A stretch of DNA of 64,000 nucleotides from Amoebidium appalachense (taxonomy: Eukaryota; Protista; Ichthyosporea): the NCBI GenBank assembly GCA_963693365.1, contig CAVNZM010000003.1, positions 4,659,106 to 4,723,105 on the forward strand, given 5' to 3'. Shown here piece after piece: positions 22,218-50,097 of the stretch. Position 1 is the stretch's first letter. Every line of letters starts with the position of its first letter. A program made the translations under genes and the position numbers. Under the pieces are notes generated by a model. That model was not told where the DNA came from. It saw only the letters and a list, made by a program, of their open reading frames with translations, and ran no database searches.

Positions 22218-23759
22218 CGTGTATGTGTGTGTGTGATAGTGTGTGACATCGTGCGTGTGTGTGCCGGTCAAAGATCTTCAGCACGCAAAAGATTGCGAGA
22301 CATCAGTCGTCTATGGTTGCCCCACAATCCCATACCTGACTACTGGAGTGCCAACGATAACAGAATTCCCTTGCCTACCATATAGGCAGCCCCGTTCCAA
22401 TAACTGCTAAACGGTTCACTACTACGCTGGTGAAGAGGGCGCCTCGAGACTTGTCGCAGATCTCTAGGTCTGACTGACTTAAGGACTCAATGGTACACCA
22501 TTAGCTTGATTCAATGTATAAAACAACGTGAACAAGAGAGTGAAAAGATTCTTAGAGTAAGAACGCTCAATTTATGCGAAATTGGAGAAGGGGTGATAGT
22601 AAAGAATGAAAAGAAAACGACGGCTGTAAAAAGAGAGACAAAGAACCTCACCCGGGCAGCGGCAGCGATTCCGGAAGCAGAGTGGTGCGCTAACGGTTGG
22701 CGTTTTCCCACTGCTACAAATGCTTTATCTTGCCAATCAACGATAGTTATAAGTTTTACATTAATTTAATGTGCAGTGTTAAAACTCTAAAGAGTTGAAT
22801 GTACGGTTTGATTGGAAATGTGTCATTGACTGCAAGTTCGAGCGGGAAGTTTGAGCTAAAAGCGAAGTAAACAGAACACACCACACATGATCCAAAAGCA
22901 ACTTGAATAGTACAGTGCTATTCAATGGTCATTGAAATGCAGAAATACTTCAAGTCGCAAAAGAGCAGCTCATATCACATATAATTTAGAATGAACGAAA
23001 TAAACTAAAAGCCAATGTTTGATTTATTTAGTTATTATAACCCTGACTGAACATGTACACGTGTGCGCATATTGCCAGTTGAACTCTTATTGAAACACAA
23101 TAATTGCTGCGCTCTAGGACGGTGCAGTCTAGGCCAATCGCAGCGATCCCGGGAACTGGGGGCGGGGGGCCCGGGGGGGGGGGGGGGGGGGGGAGGGAGG
23201 CAAGGGCTCCTACTCCTACTCTCAGAGTAGGAGGCCTTTGAGGGGGGGGGAGGGGGAGGGGGGAGGTCCGTGAGGGTTTCTAACAGCCTCGGTGAAGCGT
23301 GCGCCGGATAGATTGTGGTCATGTGTGTGGTCGTGGTGATTGCGCATTTGAGAGAGGATAGGTGGGTGGGAGGGTGATGGTGGGCATGTCACGGTGTGTG
23401 TGTGCGTGCGTATGCACGTGAGTTTTTTTCCCCCTTTTTTGGGGGGGTGGGGTGGGGGGGCAAGGTCTATCATTCGGAAGTTCTGGGAGCAAACGTACCT
23501 GCAGGAGATCGGCGAGAGAGATTCGAGATAAAGAGAGGGCTCGAGAGGGGAGGGTGTGTGTGTGGGGGGGTGTGGATGGATTCGAAACATTCCGAAGGAA
23601 TTCGAAGGGAGAGATTCTTAATCTGAATTTCATTGAGTCATTGATTCGGCGAAAGCTGGAAAGAATCACGGTGCACTATGTAGTACTAGCACTCAGTGTC
23701 TTTGTAGGTGCCTCGACAAAAATGGACGGCAATACGTTAACAACTTAGCAATAGATAGA

Positions 23760-23790
<31 letters not shown>

Positions 23791-25695
23791 ATCTCTCCCC
23801 ACTAACTTCTTTTTGTGTGCGCACGTGCGTGTGAATGCGCGCCCGTGTGTGTGGCCTGTGGTGTGGTGTGGTGTCTGTGTGTGTACATGTGTGTGTATGT
23901 GACCGGTGTGGGGCGGATTGTACAACTCCGAATCACCGTGTGACCTGGAGGGCTACTTACACAAGTCGGATGCTGGTCATGATAACTATAAAATCCGACA
24001 CACTGCTCATTTCTGGCAGATCCTTGTTTGCGCACAAACTGAGTGGATTACATGCACACCCTTTGCTCGTGTGTGACTGTCCCGTATATAGTGAAAATTC
24101 GCATGCGAGGACACTTCGGTCCTTGTTTATCGCTAATTACGACCCAAGTGTCCCAAATATTTTCGGCGCGCTCCCAGGCCCCTCCCCTGTTGTAAACTCC
24201 CAATTTTCTAGATATGCCCAATGAGCTTAGGTAATTTATAGCCTTTTTTAATTAATACGTCAAGGTCATTGGAGTAACGGTGCTCAAGTTATAAACGGTT
24301 TTAGGGGGGAGGGTGAGGCCGTTTTTCGTTCATTTTGGCGCGATCGACCGACTGACTGCAGATAGGACTGAGCGCAACCGTTATATGGTTGCAGAAAAAC
24401 ATGACAAAAACAAATGAAAAAGGGCCAGAAAACAGATATTATTGTATTATTTGTCTTTCTGAAGGGTTTATGAACCTACATGGGTGAGTTTCTATATGCT
24501 CATGTGCTCTAATGTGGAGCGGTTGTTGTGGCCTGGCTCAGCCCGACTGGCAGCCAGGAAAACGAGGCTCGGACCAAAGGGGCACCAAATGGGCACAACG
24601 GTGAAACAAAGGGCAACAATAACCCCGAAGAAGCCAAAAAAACGCGTTTTGAGCATTTAAGGACCAACGAGAACACTTTCCAGCAAAAGCGAAAACGTTT
24701 GACCTCCATCATCTTGCTCATCTGCTCCGGGAAGCTAATAATACGGACATTCTGTGCTAAAATCCTCGCTAAAAAGGACCGAAAGTAGCCCTTAGCTAAG
24801 TTGCCTCAGAATCAAGATGTTGAGGTCGGGATGGTGGCATTGGAAAGCTCATGTGGTCTATTTTCACGTGTAGGGTTCCTTTTTGGCCTGAGAAACACAC
24901 AAGCGCTTCCAGTTTACTTTATAAATCAAAACTTGCACAAAAAAACACGTGTTTCCGCGAAAAGGGCAAACTTTGCCGGCACAATGCTCCTCGAAGATGT
25001 CATCGAAGACCCCACAAACCATATATCGCTGTAACGGGTATGACTTCAGCTTCACGTTTCTGCCATTTTTTCCCCTTTAGTTGCTATGGTCATATATGCC
25101 AGATATAGCGCGATATCCGATTTTTAGCTAATAAGGACTCAAGTGTCCTAATTAGTCCATGCGATTTATCAATAGTGACAATGTTACAGAGCGCTTGTGC
25201 GCTTGTGTGTGTGTGTGTATGTCAGTGTGTGTTCTTTCTGTGAACTGTTTTTTTTTTTTTTTTTTTTTTTTTTGGTGGGGTGGTGGTGGTGGGGTGGGGT
25301 GGGGGGGCTAGCAGCGAGGCTGAGGTGTCGTTCTAGTAATACTGTATGCATGTGAGAGCCTTTCGTTTATTTGCGGTATGAATAATCACAATCAACACAA
25401 ACACTGGAATACAGGTATATGCTTTAACCACAACTGTTGGTAAATCAACAGTGACAACAGGTAAACATTCACCTAAAAACGCCGGTGCTTTCGATAGAGT
25501 TTACCTCACGAATCATCTTTTACCAGACGACTTAGCCTACACCACCTCAAAAGTAGCATCATCAACCTAAAATAAATATATACCTAAAAGTAGTACAGAA
25601 AAGAATAAATACAAGTTGGACACCCAAAAACTAACGTATCATATATGTTGAGTAACACGTGTTTCTAATCTACAGGCGACCTACTAATATCGTTA

Positions 25696-25729
<34 letters not shown>

Positions 25730-26013
25730 TACGCACACAAAGTAAAAAATAAGAATGGACACACACACACACACACCATCCGGACGGCAATATTACTAAA
25801 ACCCGGCACTGCCGAAATTTCTTTTCTTCGAAGAAGCAACACAAATGCTCAACATTTGCGCCACTAACACACCTAGTATGTTATACACACCGCTACCAAC
25901 AACAAAGGGCAAAAAAAAGAAACGGCCGAAAAGGGCAAAAGAACAAAAAAAAAAAAAAAAAAAAAAAAAAAGAAAGAAAAAAGACAAAGTGGAAGAATAT
26001 GTACGGTTCGAAT

Positions 26014-39149
<13,136 letters not shown>

Positions 39150-39743
39150 TTCTTACCTGATCTCTAGCGATTATTTACTATGAAGAGTTGGTTACCCGCC
39201 TACCTTAGCAACACTACACAAATCAACCACTCAAACTTACGGGTTACTAACGCTACAAGTCAACTAATAGCAACGCCAATTATACTACTCCTAGCTCATA
39301 CCTCTATGCATACACCAGCTAGTTTGCATGAAAAGCCTGAAAAACAGTAGCTTTTTCGTTCTTCTTTTTCGGTTGCTGCCGGCTCGCAAAACAACGACCC
39401 ATGTGTGGTGACTCGACCACCGGCCCCGCAAATGCGGCAACCGCGCGCGAGTGATCCGTGTTTCAAATATCAAATCATCTAAATTATAAATCTGTTTTTA
39501 TGCTGATAGGCCAATTACAGTAGGATATATGTACTATAGCTATTTACTGTTATTTAAGTATTTATTTACTTGCCGCAAGCGCAATTCATGGATTATGCAT
39601 TTCTTGAAACATTTTTCCGCCAGCTGGCTGGGACACAGCTGCAGAACCGTTGACGTTCTGCTTGACGTGAAGCGCACGGTCTGCTTACGCGGGTGTGCGT
39701 GTGCGTGCGTGCGTGCGTGCGTGCATGCATGCGTGCGTGTGCA

Positions 39744-39791
<48 letters not shown>

Positions 39792-39893
39792 TGTGCGTGT
39801 GTGTGTGCGTGCACGTGTGCGTGTGCGCATGCGTGTGTACGTGGTGTGCTTGTGTGTGCATGCGTGTGCGTGCGTGTGCGAGTGAATGTGTGA

Positions 39894-39933
<40 letters not shown>

Positions 39934-40339
39934 GTGTGTGTGTGTGTGTGTGCGTGTGTGTGTCACTGACTGAAAGCGACGGCTCATTTTCGCTCCCCCT
40001 CTCTCACCCTTCCTACACACCGTATACATAGCTATCTCTGGGTCATCCGGTTTACGGGTTCGCCGTTCTATGTTATCCACGAATGACCACCCACTTCAAA
40101 TGAACCATCATAGAATTAGCGCCACCTATTAAGATTATTTATGCACACGGGCAAATTGAGGTCTGGAAGTTGAGGTTGTAGAGCCTCTTTCAATCCAAGA
40201 TGGGTCATGGGATCGTGAACAAGTGACTCTTGTGCGAGCTGCAGGGATTTTAATATGTGAGTCGAATGTGTGGATCGTCCGAGCTGGGTACTTTCAGTTT
40301 TGTGGTGTGGGTGGACATATGGCGTGTGTGTTTTTGTGT

Positions 40340-40374
<35 letters not shown>

Positions 40375-40448
40375 GGGGGGAAGGGGGGGGTGGCTGTGTG
40401 TGTGGGTGTGCATGTGTGTATACACGGGTGTGTGTGTGTTTTGTGTAC

Positions 40449-40483
<35 letters not shown>

Positions 40484-40543
40484 CGTGCGTGTACGTGTGT
40501 TCGTGTACGTGTTTGCGCGTACATCGCCCGTCGTGTGTGTGTG

Positions 40544-40581
<38 letters not shown>

Positions 40582-41547
40582 GTGTGTGTGTGTGTGCTTA
40601 CGTGCATCCGTACATGCCTGTGCAACTGTATTGCTACAGTGTGTTTTCCTGCGCTTTGGGGGAGTGTGTGTGCGTGTGTGTGTGGGGAGGGGAGGGGGAG
40701 AAAGGGGGAGGGGGCTGAGAGAGGAGGCAAAAGAGCTTTGGGAGGTATATTTTGGAAGGAGGACCCGGTTATTTTTTTTAATTTTTTTTTGGGGGGGGGG
40801 GAGGGGGGGAGGTTCCGGGGGTTTGGGAGGAGGGAGGGGGGGGGGGGGGAGGGGGGGAGGGGGGGGGGCGGACGGAATATTTGTTCGTTACAACACATCT
40901 GGGTTTGAATAAAATGCCTCGTGAAAGAAACACCTGTGCAGGCTGAACGCTTTTGAGGTAGAATGTAAGAGTGACCTTATTGCACTATTGTGAATGACTG
41001 TGTGCTACAAATGTGTTTTTCAGCAAGAGAAATAATGGCTGTGCTAAGCCAAAGCACCGGTTGTATGCATGTTGATTTATGTAAGGTTTTCATTGTGCTA
41101 CCCAGTGCGCTATAGCTACCCGTGATGGAAACGTGCATTGGGGTACCGCAGCGAGTGTGTTTGGCAGCTGCTTCTGCTGGCATCAAGACCGAATAAATGA
41201 ACTGCCACGTGTGACTGTGGCCTCAGCCGCCGTATGATAAACTATACTCTTTATTTTTCAAGGGTTTGAGTTGGCGCGTGATCAGTCGCTTCGGAAGAAA
41301 AGTTATGTCAGCCTTGAAAAAAAAGAGCTACCTCCAAATGTAGCAGATAAATGAACTAATGAACTAATAAATGAACTAATGAAAAACGAACCTTTTTTAT
41401 TATCACAAGTGCACGTCACTGATTCTTCCTTCGATCTACCGGCAAGCTCTGGCGCTCAACATAGTAACAATACTGGTAGTAAATATTTGGATGGTACGCC
41501 TAAATTTGTCCCTGCCAGCTAGCGCTGGTGCATGTCTCTCCCCCCCT

Positions 41548-41596
<49 letters not shown>

Positions 41597-42337
41597 CCCC
41601 CTCTGAGACTCCCCTTCGGGCCCAGCCCCCCTCCCCCTCCCCCTCCTCCCCTCTCCCTCCGGGCCCAGCCCCCCCTCCCCCCCTCCCCCTCCCGTCCGCC
41701 GGCCTGCCCGCCTGCGGAAAAATATGGGAGCTGAGGAGAGAGAGAGAGGGGGGAGGGGGGGGTTAAATCGCTCGCATGTGTCTGTCTCTCTGTGTGTGTA
41801 TCTACATGCGTGCGTGTGTGTATAGTGTGTGTGTGTCATGTGTGTGTGTGTGTGTGCGCGCATGCGTGTGTATACGTACGTGTGTACGTGTGTGTGCATG
41901 TGGCACATGGATGTATGTGCCACGTGTGTGTGCTACTTAAGCATCATTGGCACTCTCACACTAACTGAGGGTAGCCAGTGGCCGTACTCGAAGACGGCAC
42001 ATAGTTCCTACGCAAGGGATCCCTGCTCGAGCTTTACCCCCCCTCCCCCCCCCCCCCCCCCCCCGGAACAAATTTTTACTAATTATAAAATAAATAAATA
42101 TAAATAAACGGTATGGGTCTGTGGGCACCTACATATGTTCGAACACGTCTTCACGGTCACCTAGGCCAGGTCTGTAGTGAACGTTCGTTTTTTTTTTTTT
42201 TAGCATATGCCGAAAAACTGTTTGAATAACATTATGTAGGCGAGGATAACGCTAACCAGCTTTTACCTTTGTTTCAGTATCTCTCTGTTCTTTTCTTCAC
42301 AGTAGGTATATGTGACACTGTGTCCGGGAGAGGGGCG

Positions 42338-42381
<44 letters not shown>

Positions 42382-43142
42382 GGACAGGAAGCACGTAAGG
42401 TTTATCAGAAACGTTGGACTTTAATAAGCGCAGGTTGACGTTATAAGGCCCGGGTTGTTTTATTCTTATCTGTAGCCCCCCAAGCGGAGGGCAGATTTTC
42501 TTATGTACATGGTTACCAGGTGACGTGGACCCACAAAAACGGGTTTCAATAACTTGCCCCCTCTAATATAGCTACTAGTTCAAGGCTACAACAACACTCC
42601 TAATGAAACCACAACATTAACACTCCGACTACTGTTTCTCGTTTCTTGTTTGCTGTCTGTTGACGCATTAGCAGTACAGGGTTACTAATATCAAATGTAT
42701 CAAAACGCAATTTATTCTATCCTAGGCATATCACCGTATATTTATAAAATTTCCGAGCTTTTGTAAATTCTGCGATACCAGGCGTGCAGGTAGGTACTCT
42801 GTAGATAGATATTTCGATGAACCACGTAAGTTCAATTCCATGCCGGGCTGAACTTGCATGCTTAGTTGGTAGGCAGTATCATAGTACATAAACGTTATGA
42901 TCATTGTAAATCCAATGGAATAATCAATGGAAATCTACTATTCTACCACAAAATGGGCTTTTGCATGAGGTCTTTTAACTATTCCGAGGCCCACAAACAG
43001 TTGCTATAGGATAACCAATCACACACGCAAAAAAAGGTGGAAAACATCCACCCCCCCCCCCCCCCAAAAAAAAAAAAAACGGCCGGTGAAGGCCCAATAA
43101 TCAACAGATTTGCGAATCTCTAATCGCACGATCCAATTCCGA

Positions 43143-43334
43143 TTACAAGATGCTAATCTTGGGCTTTCCAACCACACGCAACACCACATAGGCAATGATG
43201 CGGAAGGAAACACCCAAAGCACACATCAGGGCAAGGTCGGTCCATTTGTTTGCATTCCCCATGCCGAAGTTTTGGAGCACGATGTCTCCCGTGCTCTGGC
43301 AGCGAGACCCGTCTTCGTCACATGTGAACGTGAG

Positions 43335-43387
<53 letters not shown>

Positions 43388-43685
43388 GGGGGTTTGAATG
43401 CGTTAAAAAGTACGAAGTACACAAGAACAAACGGATAACACAATGCAGAATGCAAGCCATACATAAAGAGTATGCATAATAAGCAGAGCCCATCCTCAGG
43501 GGGGGCCCACGTCATCCACAGTACCCGAGTTTCGACCTATTCCCCTCGTGGGGGGGGGGGTTATGTGTGTGCGCGTGAGTGAGTGAGTGAAGATGAAGGT
43601 GAGCACAGCTAAACAGGATTTCTGGGCCCGGGCCATAGTGCGAACCGTCACGGACATGTTGTAACAGACGGGTGTACACCTATCT

Positions 43686-43723
<38 letters not shown>

Positions 43724-43731
43724 ACCAAGAC

Positions 43732-43764
<33 letters not shown>

Positions 43765-43841
43765 CCGTGCAAAAAGAAAAGGTACGATACATAACTAGAG
43801 TCCGCTCTCACCCCGATCTGAATTGGGTAAAGGGGGAGTGT

Positions 43842-43872
<31 letters not shown>

Positions 43873-45155
43873 GGGGGGGAGGGGGGGGGGGAGGGGAGGG
43901 GGGAGACACATCTACAATAACAGAGTATATAACATGTCTTATTAAACTCACTACGCACACACAAAAGTAAAACCCACCTTCGAATTCGTTGACCATGAGA
44001 GACCTCCAAGCGTAGTAGATGAAACTTATCTTTTCCATCCACGCCACACCGGCCCAGAGATCGTCCGAGTTGACATAAAAACCACCAAACAGAGTGAAGA
44101 AAATCGCAATCACCGGACAGACGGCGGCGGCAACGTCGGCCGTCGGGCACAAGGCGGAAAGTACTATGCCGATGCCTTGGGCGGTGAAGTACTGTGTGCA
44201 TAGGGATTAGGCGGTTAGGGATTTTACTGTTTTAAAATTTAAGATTGATCTTCTCTTCTCCTTCTCTACGTATGTACCCCCTATACTCGCTGCGCGGGCG
44301 AAGTACGAAATGGGGGCCCATGATTATGATTTTGCGGTGACTTATGACACTTTGTTACTGTGTTGCTTAAACTTCTAAAATTAAGGTGTCGTGTTATGGT
44401 TTTGTGGTGATGGTGTGTTGTTTGGGTAAGGTTTGTGTTCGGGGTTCCGGATACTGGGTGGTGGTGGCCCAAGACACATGGCATGACAGGTCTACATAAA
44501 ACACCAACGTTTCCTGTGGTCTTTTCTTTCCTTTCCTTTCCTTTCCTTTCCTTTTTTGTTTTTTTTTTTTTTTTGTTTTTTGGGGGGGGGGGGGGGGGTC
44601 ATACCATGTAAGATAGGAAAATCAATACATCGCCCGACAATAACGAAGCAAAACAGGGCAACTCAAAGAGAAACAAAACAAAACGTGGGTGGCGGCAGGG
44701 AGGAGGAGGAGGGAGGGGGGAGGGGGGAAAGGGAAGGATTAGAATGCGATGCACAGCATGAAGGAAAATAGAAGGGGAGGGGGGGTGGAGGGGGGGGGGG
44801 GGGGGGGGGGGGGGGGTGGGTAAACCTGTGCAACGGTGCTGAGCATGAAGAAAATGAATCTGTCGGTGGCTGAGTTGAAGCCAATCATCCAATAGACGAC
44901 TGCGGCAAATGCGGCCGGGAAGAACATCTGGATGGGAGACTCGGAGAGAGACTTGGCTAGGTAGTAGGGTAGCACCTGGTACACACCACCACTGCGCTCA
45001 CGCAGGAACACCGCCTGTACGTGTGTGTGCGTGTGTGGGTGTGTACGTGTGTGTGTGTGCATGTGTGTTTGTATATGAGTTGCAAAAAAGATTTGAGGAG
45101 AAAAGGGGAGAAGGGTGTGTGTGTGTGTGTGCGCCGGGGGGGGGGGGTGGGGGGT

Positions 45156-45186
<31 letters not shown>

Positions 45187-47310
45187 CGTTGATTCACTAG
45201 GGTGTAATGTTGCAGAAGATACGACCCAACCAAGCATGGGGAATGACCCAGTCATATGGGTGTATGAGGAGTTATGCCCACCAGCAAGCCAGCAAGACCA
45301 TTTCCATTATCAATTTGTCATCAATAATCTCAATCTGCAACAGATCTAGATCCCAAATACCGATTACATTTCATGCTTAAAACTACTGTTTGCACCGTTT
45401 CTTTTGGATTATACCTTTTCAGAGTGGAAGACTTGGATCGCAGCCAAGGGGGGCACGAACGCCCACATCAGCACAATGAAGAAGAGATTTCCGGCGCGAT
45501 TCATAATCGCATTCTGATCGTCTCCCAGCTGGTAGAAAACCGCACCGATCATGACGGCCAGAGAAACGATCTGCCCACCCTCTGCGATCGTAGCTTCCCG
45601 ATTGCGCACGAAATTCTTGATTGCACGCCTCCAGAGGATGGTAAATTGTTTGATCGGGTTGAGCCTCTCGAGCCCGGCGCCTGGTTGCTCCCCCGGGGAG
45701 ACGGTCCCCTCCTTGATCGCTGTCTGTCCGTATGGGCTGTTGCGGTAATCCTGCATAGATGATTTTAAAAAATAATATTCGTTTTCATTGAACTTCCTTT
45801 TGGATACCAACACGGTAATGTGGAAACAGGCTATTCAGGAACAACCGATAGAATTTGTTTGCACTTCGTTACTGCACCCGTGTTCATCAATATACACTCT
45901 TTACTCCCCCCCCCCCCAAAAAAAAAAAAAAACCAAACAAACAAAACTAACACACACACACACACACCTACCCACCCACATTCACACCCACACCCACACC
46001 AACACCCACAAAAACAATCGAATACTGACAAAAAACTAAAACAAAGCACACCCCCAGCACCAGCACCTACCGATATGAGCTTCTGGTTCCTTTGCTTGGT
46101 CGCCTCCTCCATCGCCGCCGATCGGCTGTCGATCGTCGCGATGTCGAGGAAATGATCCGAAGGGTTTGTGTTTTTGGGACACGGGTACCCGCACTTGGTG
46201 AACCAATCAATCGCCTCCGATCCGGGCCCGTAGTATACCGTCTCACCCTTCGACAGGAGCAATAGTTTATCGAATAGTTTGTAAACGGTGGATCGCGGTT
46301 GGTGGATGGTTGTGATCACTGCACGCCCATGATCGGCCAATTGACGGACGAAATTCATCACGTTGTATGACGTGAAGGCGTCCAATCCGGATGTCTGCAA
46401 ACGGAGAATTTAACCAATCAGAAAGGGATTTCTTGGAATAGCAAACAGCAAGCTTTGAGAACATCACAATGTGAAGGCTCGGGAAAAAAATGGAAAAAGT
46501 TTTTTTTAGCTTTCTCCGGGGGGGGGGAGGATAGGAGTGGTGGCAGAGGGGGTTGGGGGTCGGGGTCCGGCGGGGGGGGGGGGGGGGGGGGGGGGGATAA
46601 TCTTATTCTTTTTCCTTGAAATATGAAGAGTCGAGGAAAGAGAAAGCCTATTCGGGGCTTCAGAACATTTCACACGGATACTGCCACTATACCACCGGTG
46701 CCCGTAATTCCTCACGAATTCAGACACACAACCATGATATCCAGGGATGGGGTTTTTTTCGCATGGCAGGATGAAAAATGGGGGATTCTACGTACGGGCT
46801 CGTCGAGGAACAGGATGCGGGGGTTTGTGATGAGCTCACAGCCAATGGCCACGCGCTTGCGTTCGCCGCCGCTGATGCCCTTGAACAGGTGGTTGCCGAT
46901 CCGCGTGCCCATCGTGTGCCCCAGCCCAAGCTCGTTGATGATGCTCATTGCTCTGAAATTTCCCAACTTTTCAGTTAGGATTTGAGGCTGACAACAGTAG
47001 TCAATGTAAGTGGTAAACAGTACCGAGGGAAGGTGGGGAAGGAGAGGGAAAGGGGGGAGTGGGTGGGTGGTTGTGTCTTTGGGAGGAAGATGGGTGAGAG
47101 GGAGGGACCATTGTGAGAAGGACGGGGGAGAAGGGGGCTGGGTTGCGGGTAGGTTCACACCTAAAAATGAGCCTGCGGTGTTATGGAACGGAGACTGTGC
47201 CCATTTCTCCCAAGCCGGGAGAGGGGGGGGGGGGGAGGAAGGGATGCATTCGATGGTGGGAAAAAGGAAAGTAGATAATGGTTTTTATTACTTTTCTTTT
47301 CGTTTTTTTT

Positions 47311-47341
<31 letters not shown>

Positions 47342-48888
47342 GGGAGGGATATCATGCCTGTCTGTTTTCTGCTGGTCACTCCAAGAGTTTGGAAGGCGCA
47401 GCTGAGCCTGAAAGTAGAAGGTCTCTTGGACGGTGAGCTGTGGCATCAGAATATCATCTTGCTCCACATATGCTGCTATCCGCCTGTGTGTGGTAGCATA
47501 AAACTATAAGTTAGTATCTAAAAGTTTTGATGGTATTGGACAACTGGTTCCGCATGGTTTAATACAATTTAGTTTAGCTTTAAACTTATGATAGTATTGG
47601 ACGATTGGTTCCGCATGGTTTAATATAATAAGATTTGGTTCAGAGACTCAGTGATAGTATTGGACGACTGGTTCCACATGGTTTGATATTATTGAATATA
47701 TTTTATTTTGTGTTATAGTGGGTTGTGATATGATTAGACGATTGGTTCTTTATGGTAGAATAGTATCAATTTTTCTTTAAATTTGCGTGGTTACGGAAGT
47801 TGAGAGGGAGGTTAGAAGGCAGGTGTGTGTATGTGTGTTGGGGGAGGGGGAGTGGGAGGAGGAGGAGGGGGGGGGGGGGGGGGGGTATGGGAGGGAGCAA
47901 ATGGGTTGAGCGATTGGGACGAATGGAAATTAGTTTTGGTGTGTTTTTGTGTTTTTTCTGGCAAAAGAGGGGGGGGGGGGGAGGGGGAGGGAGATGGGCG
48001 GTCATTGAGTGCTAAACGGAATGTGTGGCATAAGGCCGTGGAGCTTTCTGCACCCAAAGGGTGGAGCCAAATATAGAGCGTGCAGCGTCTCCATGTCACA
48101 CACAACTAAAACGAATAAACACATGCACATACAAACACACCCAGCCAGCCAGATAGACAGACAGACAGAAAAGCACCTTGCACACACACACCCACACCCA
48201 CAGAAAGCGCAAAGACAGACATACACATGTGCAAGTGTACACAGAGTGCAGACACGTTACCTGAAGCTCTTATCGCGCTTGTAGCCGTTGACTCTAATCT
48301 CTCCCTCCATCCGCCCAGCCCCGAGATTTCGCCCCGACAGAAGATTTAGGAATGTGGTCTTGCCCGCACCGCTGGTGCCCATCAGCGCCTGATTGGTTGA
48401 TTAAAATTTAATGTCATGATTTGCATACTGATAATAGTCCAATGGGGTGGTCATGATATGAGACCGCAGCGGGCCGCAAGTACTTCTGGAATTATTCGTA
48501 CATTGAAGATACCAGTCCTAGTAGAGTAAACGATTTTTAAATTTTTTTTTTTAAAAAAATCCTTGCAGATTGTCATTGTTAGTTCCTTTTTTACAGCCTA
48601 TCATGCATACACATTCGAACACACAGCCGCCAGAGTGTTTCGTTATGCAACACATGTGCCAAGCGGGGTGGGTGAGGGTGGGTGAGTGGGTGGGTGGAGA
48701 GGAGGTGAGGGGGGGGTAGAGATTGTGTTTCAGAGTAAGTGCAAGGTTGGCAAGTTTTGTTTTTTTTCCTTTTTTTTTCTTTTTTCTTTTTGGTGGTGGT
48801 GAGGGGGAGGGGGTGGGGGGGGGACTGGGGGACAAACCCCCCAAAAAAAATGAGGGTGTCAAGTTTGGAGAAAAGAAGTGAGAGAGAG

Positions 48889-48940
<52 letters not shown>

Positions 48941-49332
48941 AAAAAACCAAATAATACTAACAATAATGATAATAATAAGGAAGAAGAAGAAGAACAGGAG
49001 TGAACGAAGGAAGGAAAAGAAAATTTAAAACACCAACAAAATTGTTTGGGAAAAAAAATAGCAGAATAGAGATTGAAACACGAAGCCCGTTATGAGTGAC
49101 AATGAAAAACCAGAATGATGTGCCCCCCCCCCCCCCCTTTTTTTTTCTCTTTCTTTCTTCCTTTCTTTTTTTGTATGCTTTTTGGGAACTTACGATCATC
49201 TCCCCTGGCCTGACTGCGCCGCTGATTCCCTTCAGCACCTGCTTGCTAACTTTCTGCCGCCCCACCTGCAGCCAAGGAAGAAAAGAAAAAAACATCAGCA
49301 TTTGCTATGACAAGATTATCACCCCCCCCCCC

Positions 49333-49363
<31 letters not shown>

Positions 49364-49826
49364 CTCCTCTTTCAGCTTTGGTCCTTGTGCAAGGGCTTAT
49401 TAAGTCCCCCCACCCCCCCCCTTTTTTTTTCTCTCCACGCTACTTAGTTTTTGTCAGTATAAACTCGTGGTATCCCCTCCCCTTCTCCTTCAGTTTTGGC
49501 CCTTCTGCAAGTGTTTATCGATTTTTTTTTCTTTTCTTTCTTTCTTTTTCTGTTTCTCTTGCCACTCAGGTTTGGTTAATATTCGTGTATGGGACAAAAA
49601 TATCAACACGTTGTACCCCGCTCCGCCGCTCCCCCCCCCCCCCCCCCCCCCACGCACACACCCTCATCCACCCCGGGAACCCCCCTCCCCCCCCCCCCCC
49701 CAACCTTTACCCCCATGTACAGGGACTTTGTCAACTCGTGAACCGTATTCACGTGTTTTAGAGATCTACTCTCAGCTATGTAGATACGCCTCACAGTCAC
49801 TTCCCAACCAACAGTTCCAAAACCAT

Positions 49827-49869
<43 letters not shown>

Positions 49870-50051
49870 AAAAGAAAAGGAGACAGATGGATGGGGGAGG
49901 GGGGGCGGGTACAGCAGGGGTACTGTGCTGCATATCGGAGGGTATTCGGTGTTTGATGCATACACACAGCTGCATGCGCACGTGCAAACCTGTGCACCAG
50001 CAATTCTGCATGTACGCTCAACATATTGTGCTCGAGCCGACACCTACACAC

Positions 50052-50097
<46 letters not shown>

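Noticed and set aside
39590-41250. Possible exons between CASC3 and ABCG-1
   Set aside because: Short non-repetitive patches with stops; no consistent splice phases or recognisable domain.
44201-44220. Telomere-like TTAGGG words
   Set aside because: Only one exact unit plus partial matches; on the sense strand they read cctaac/cctaat, branch-point-like sequence just before the exon 9 acceptor of ABCG-1.
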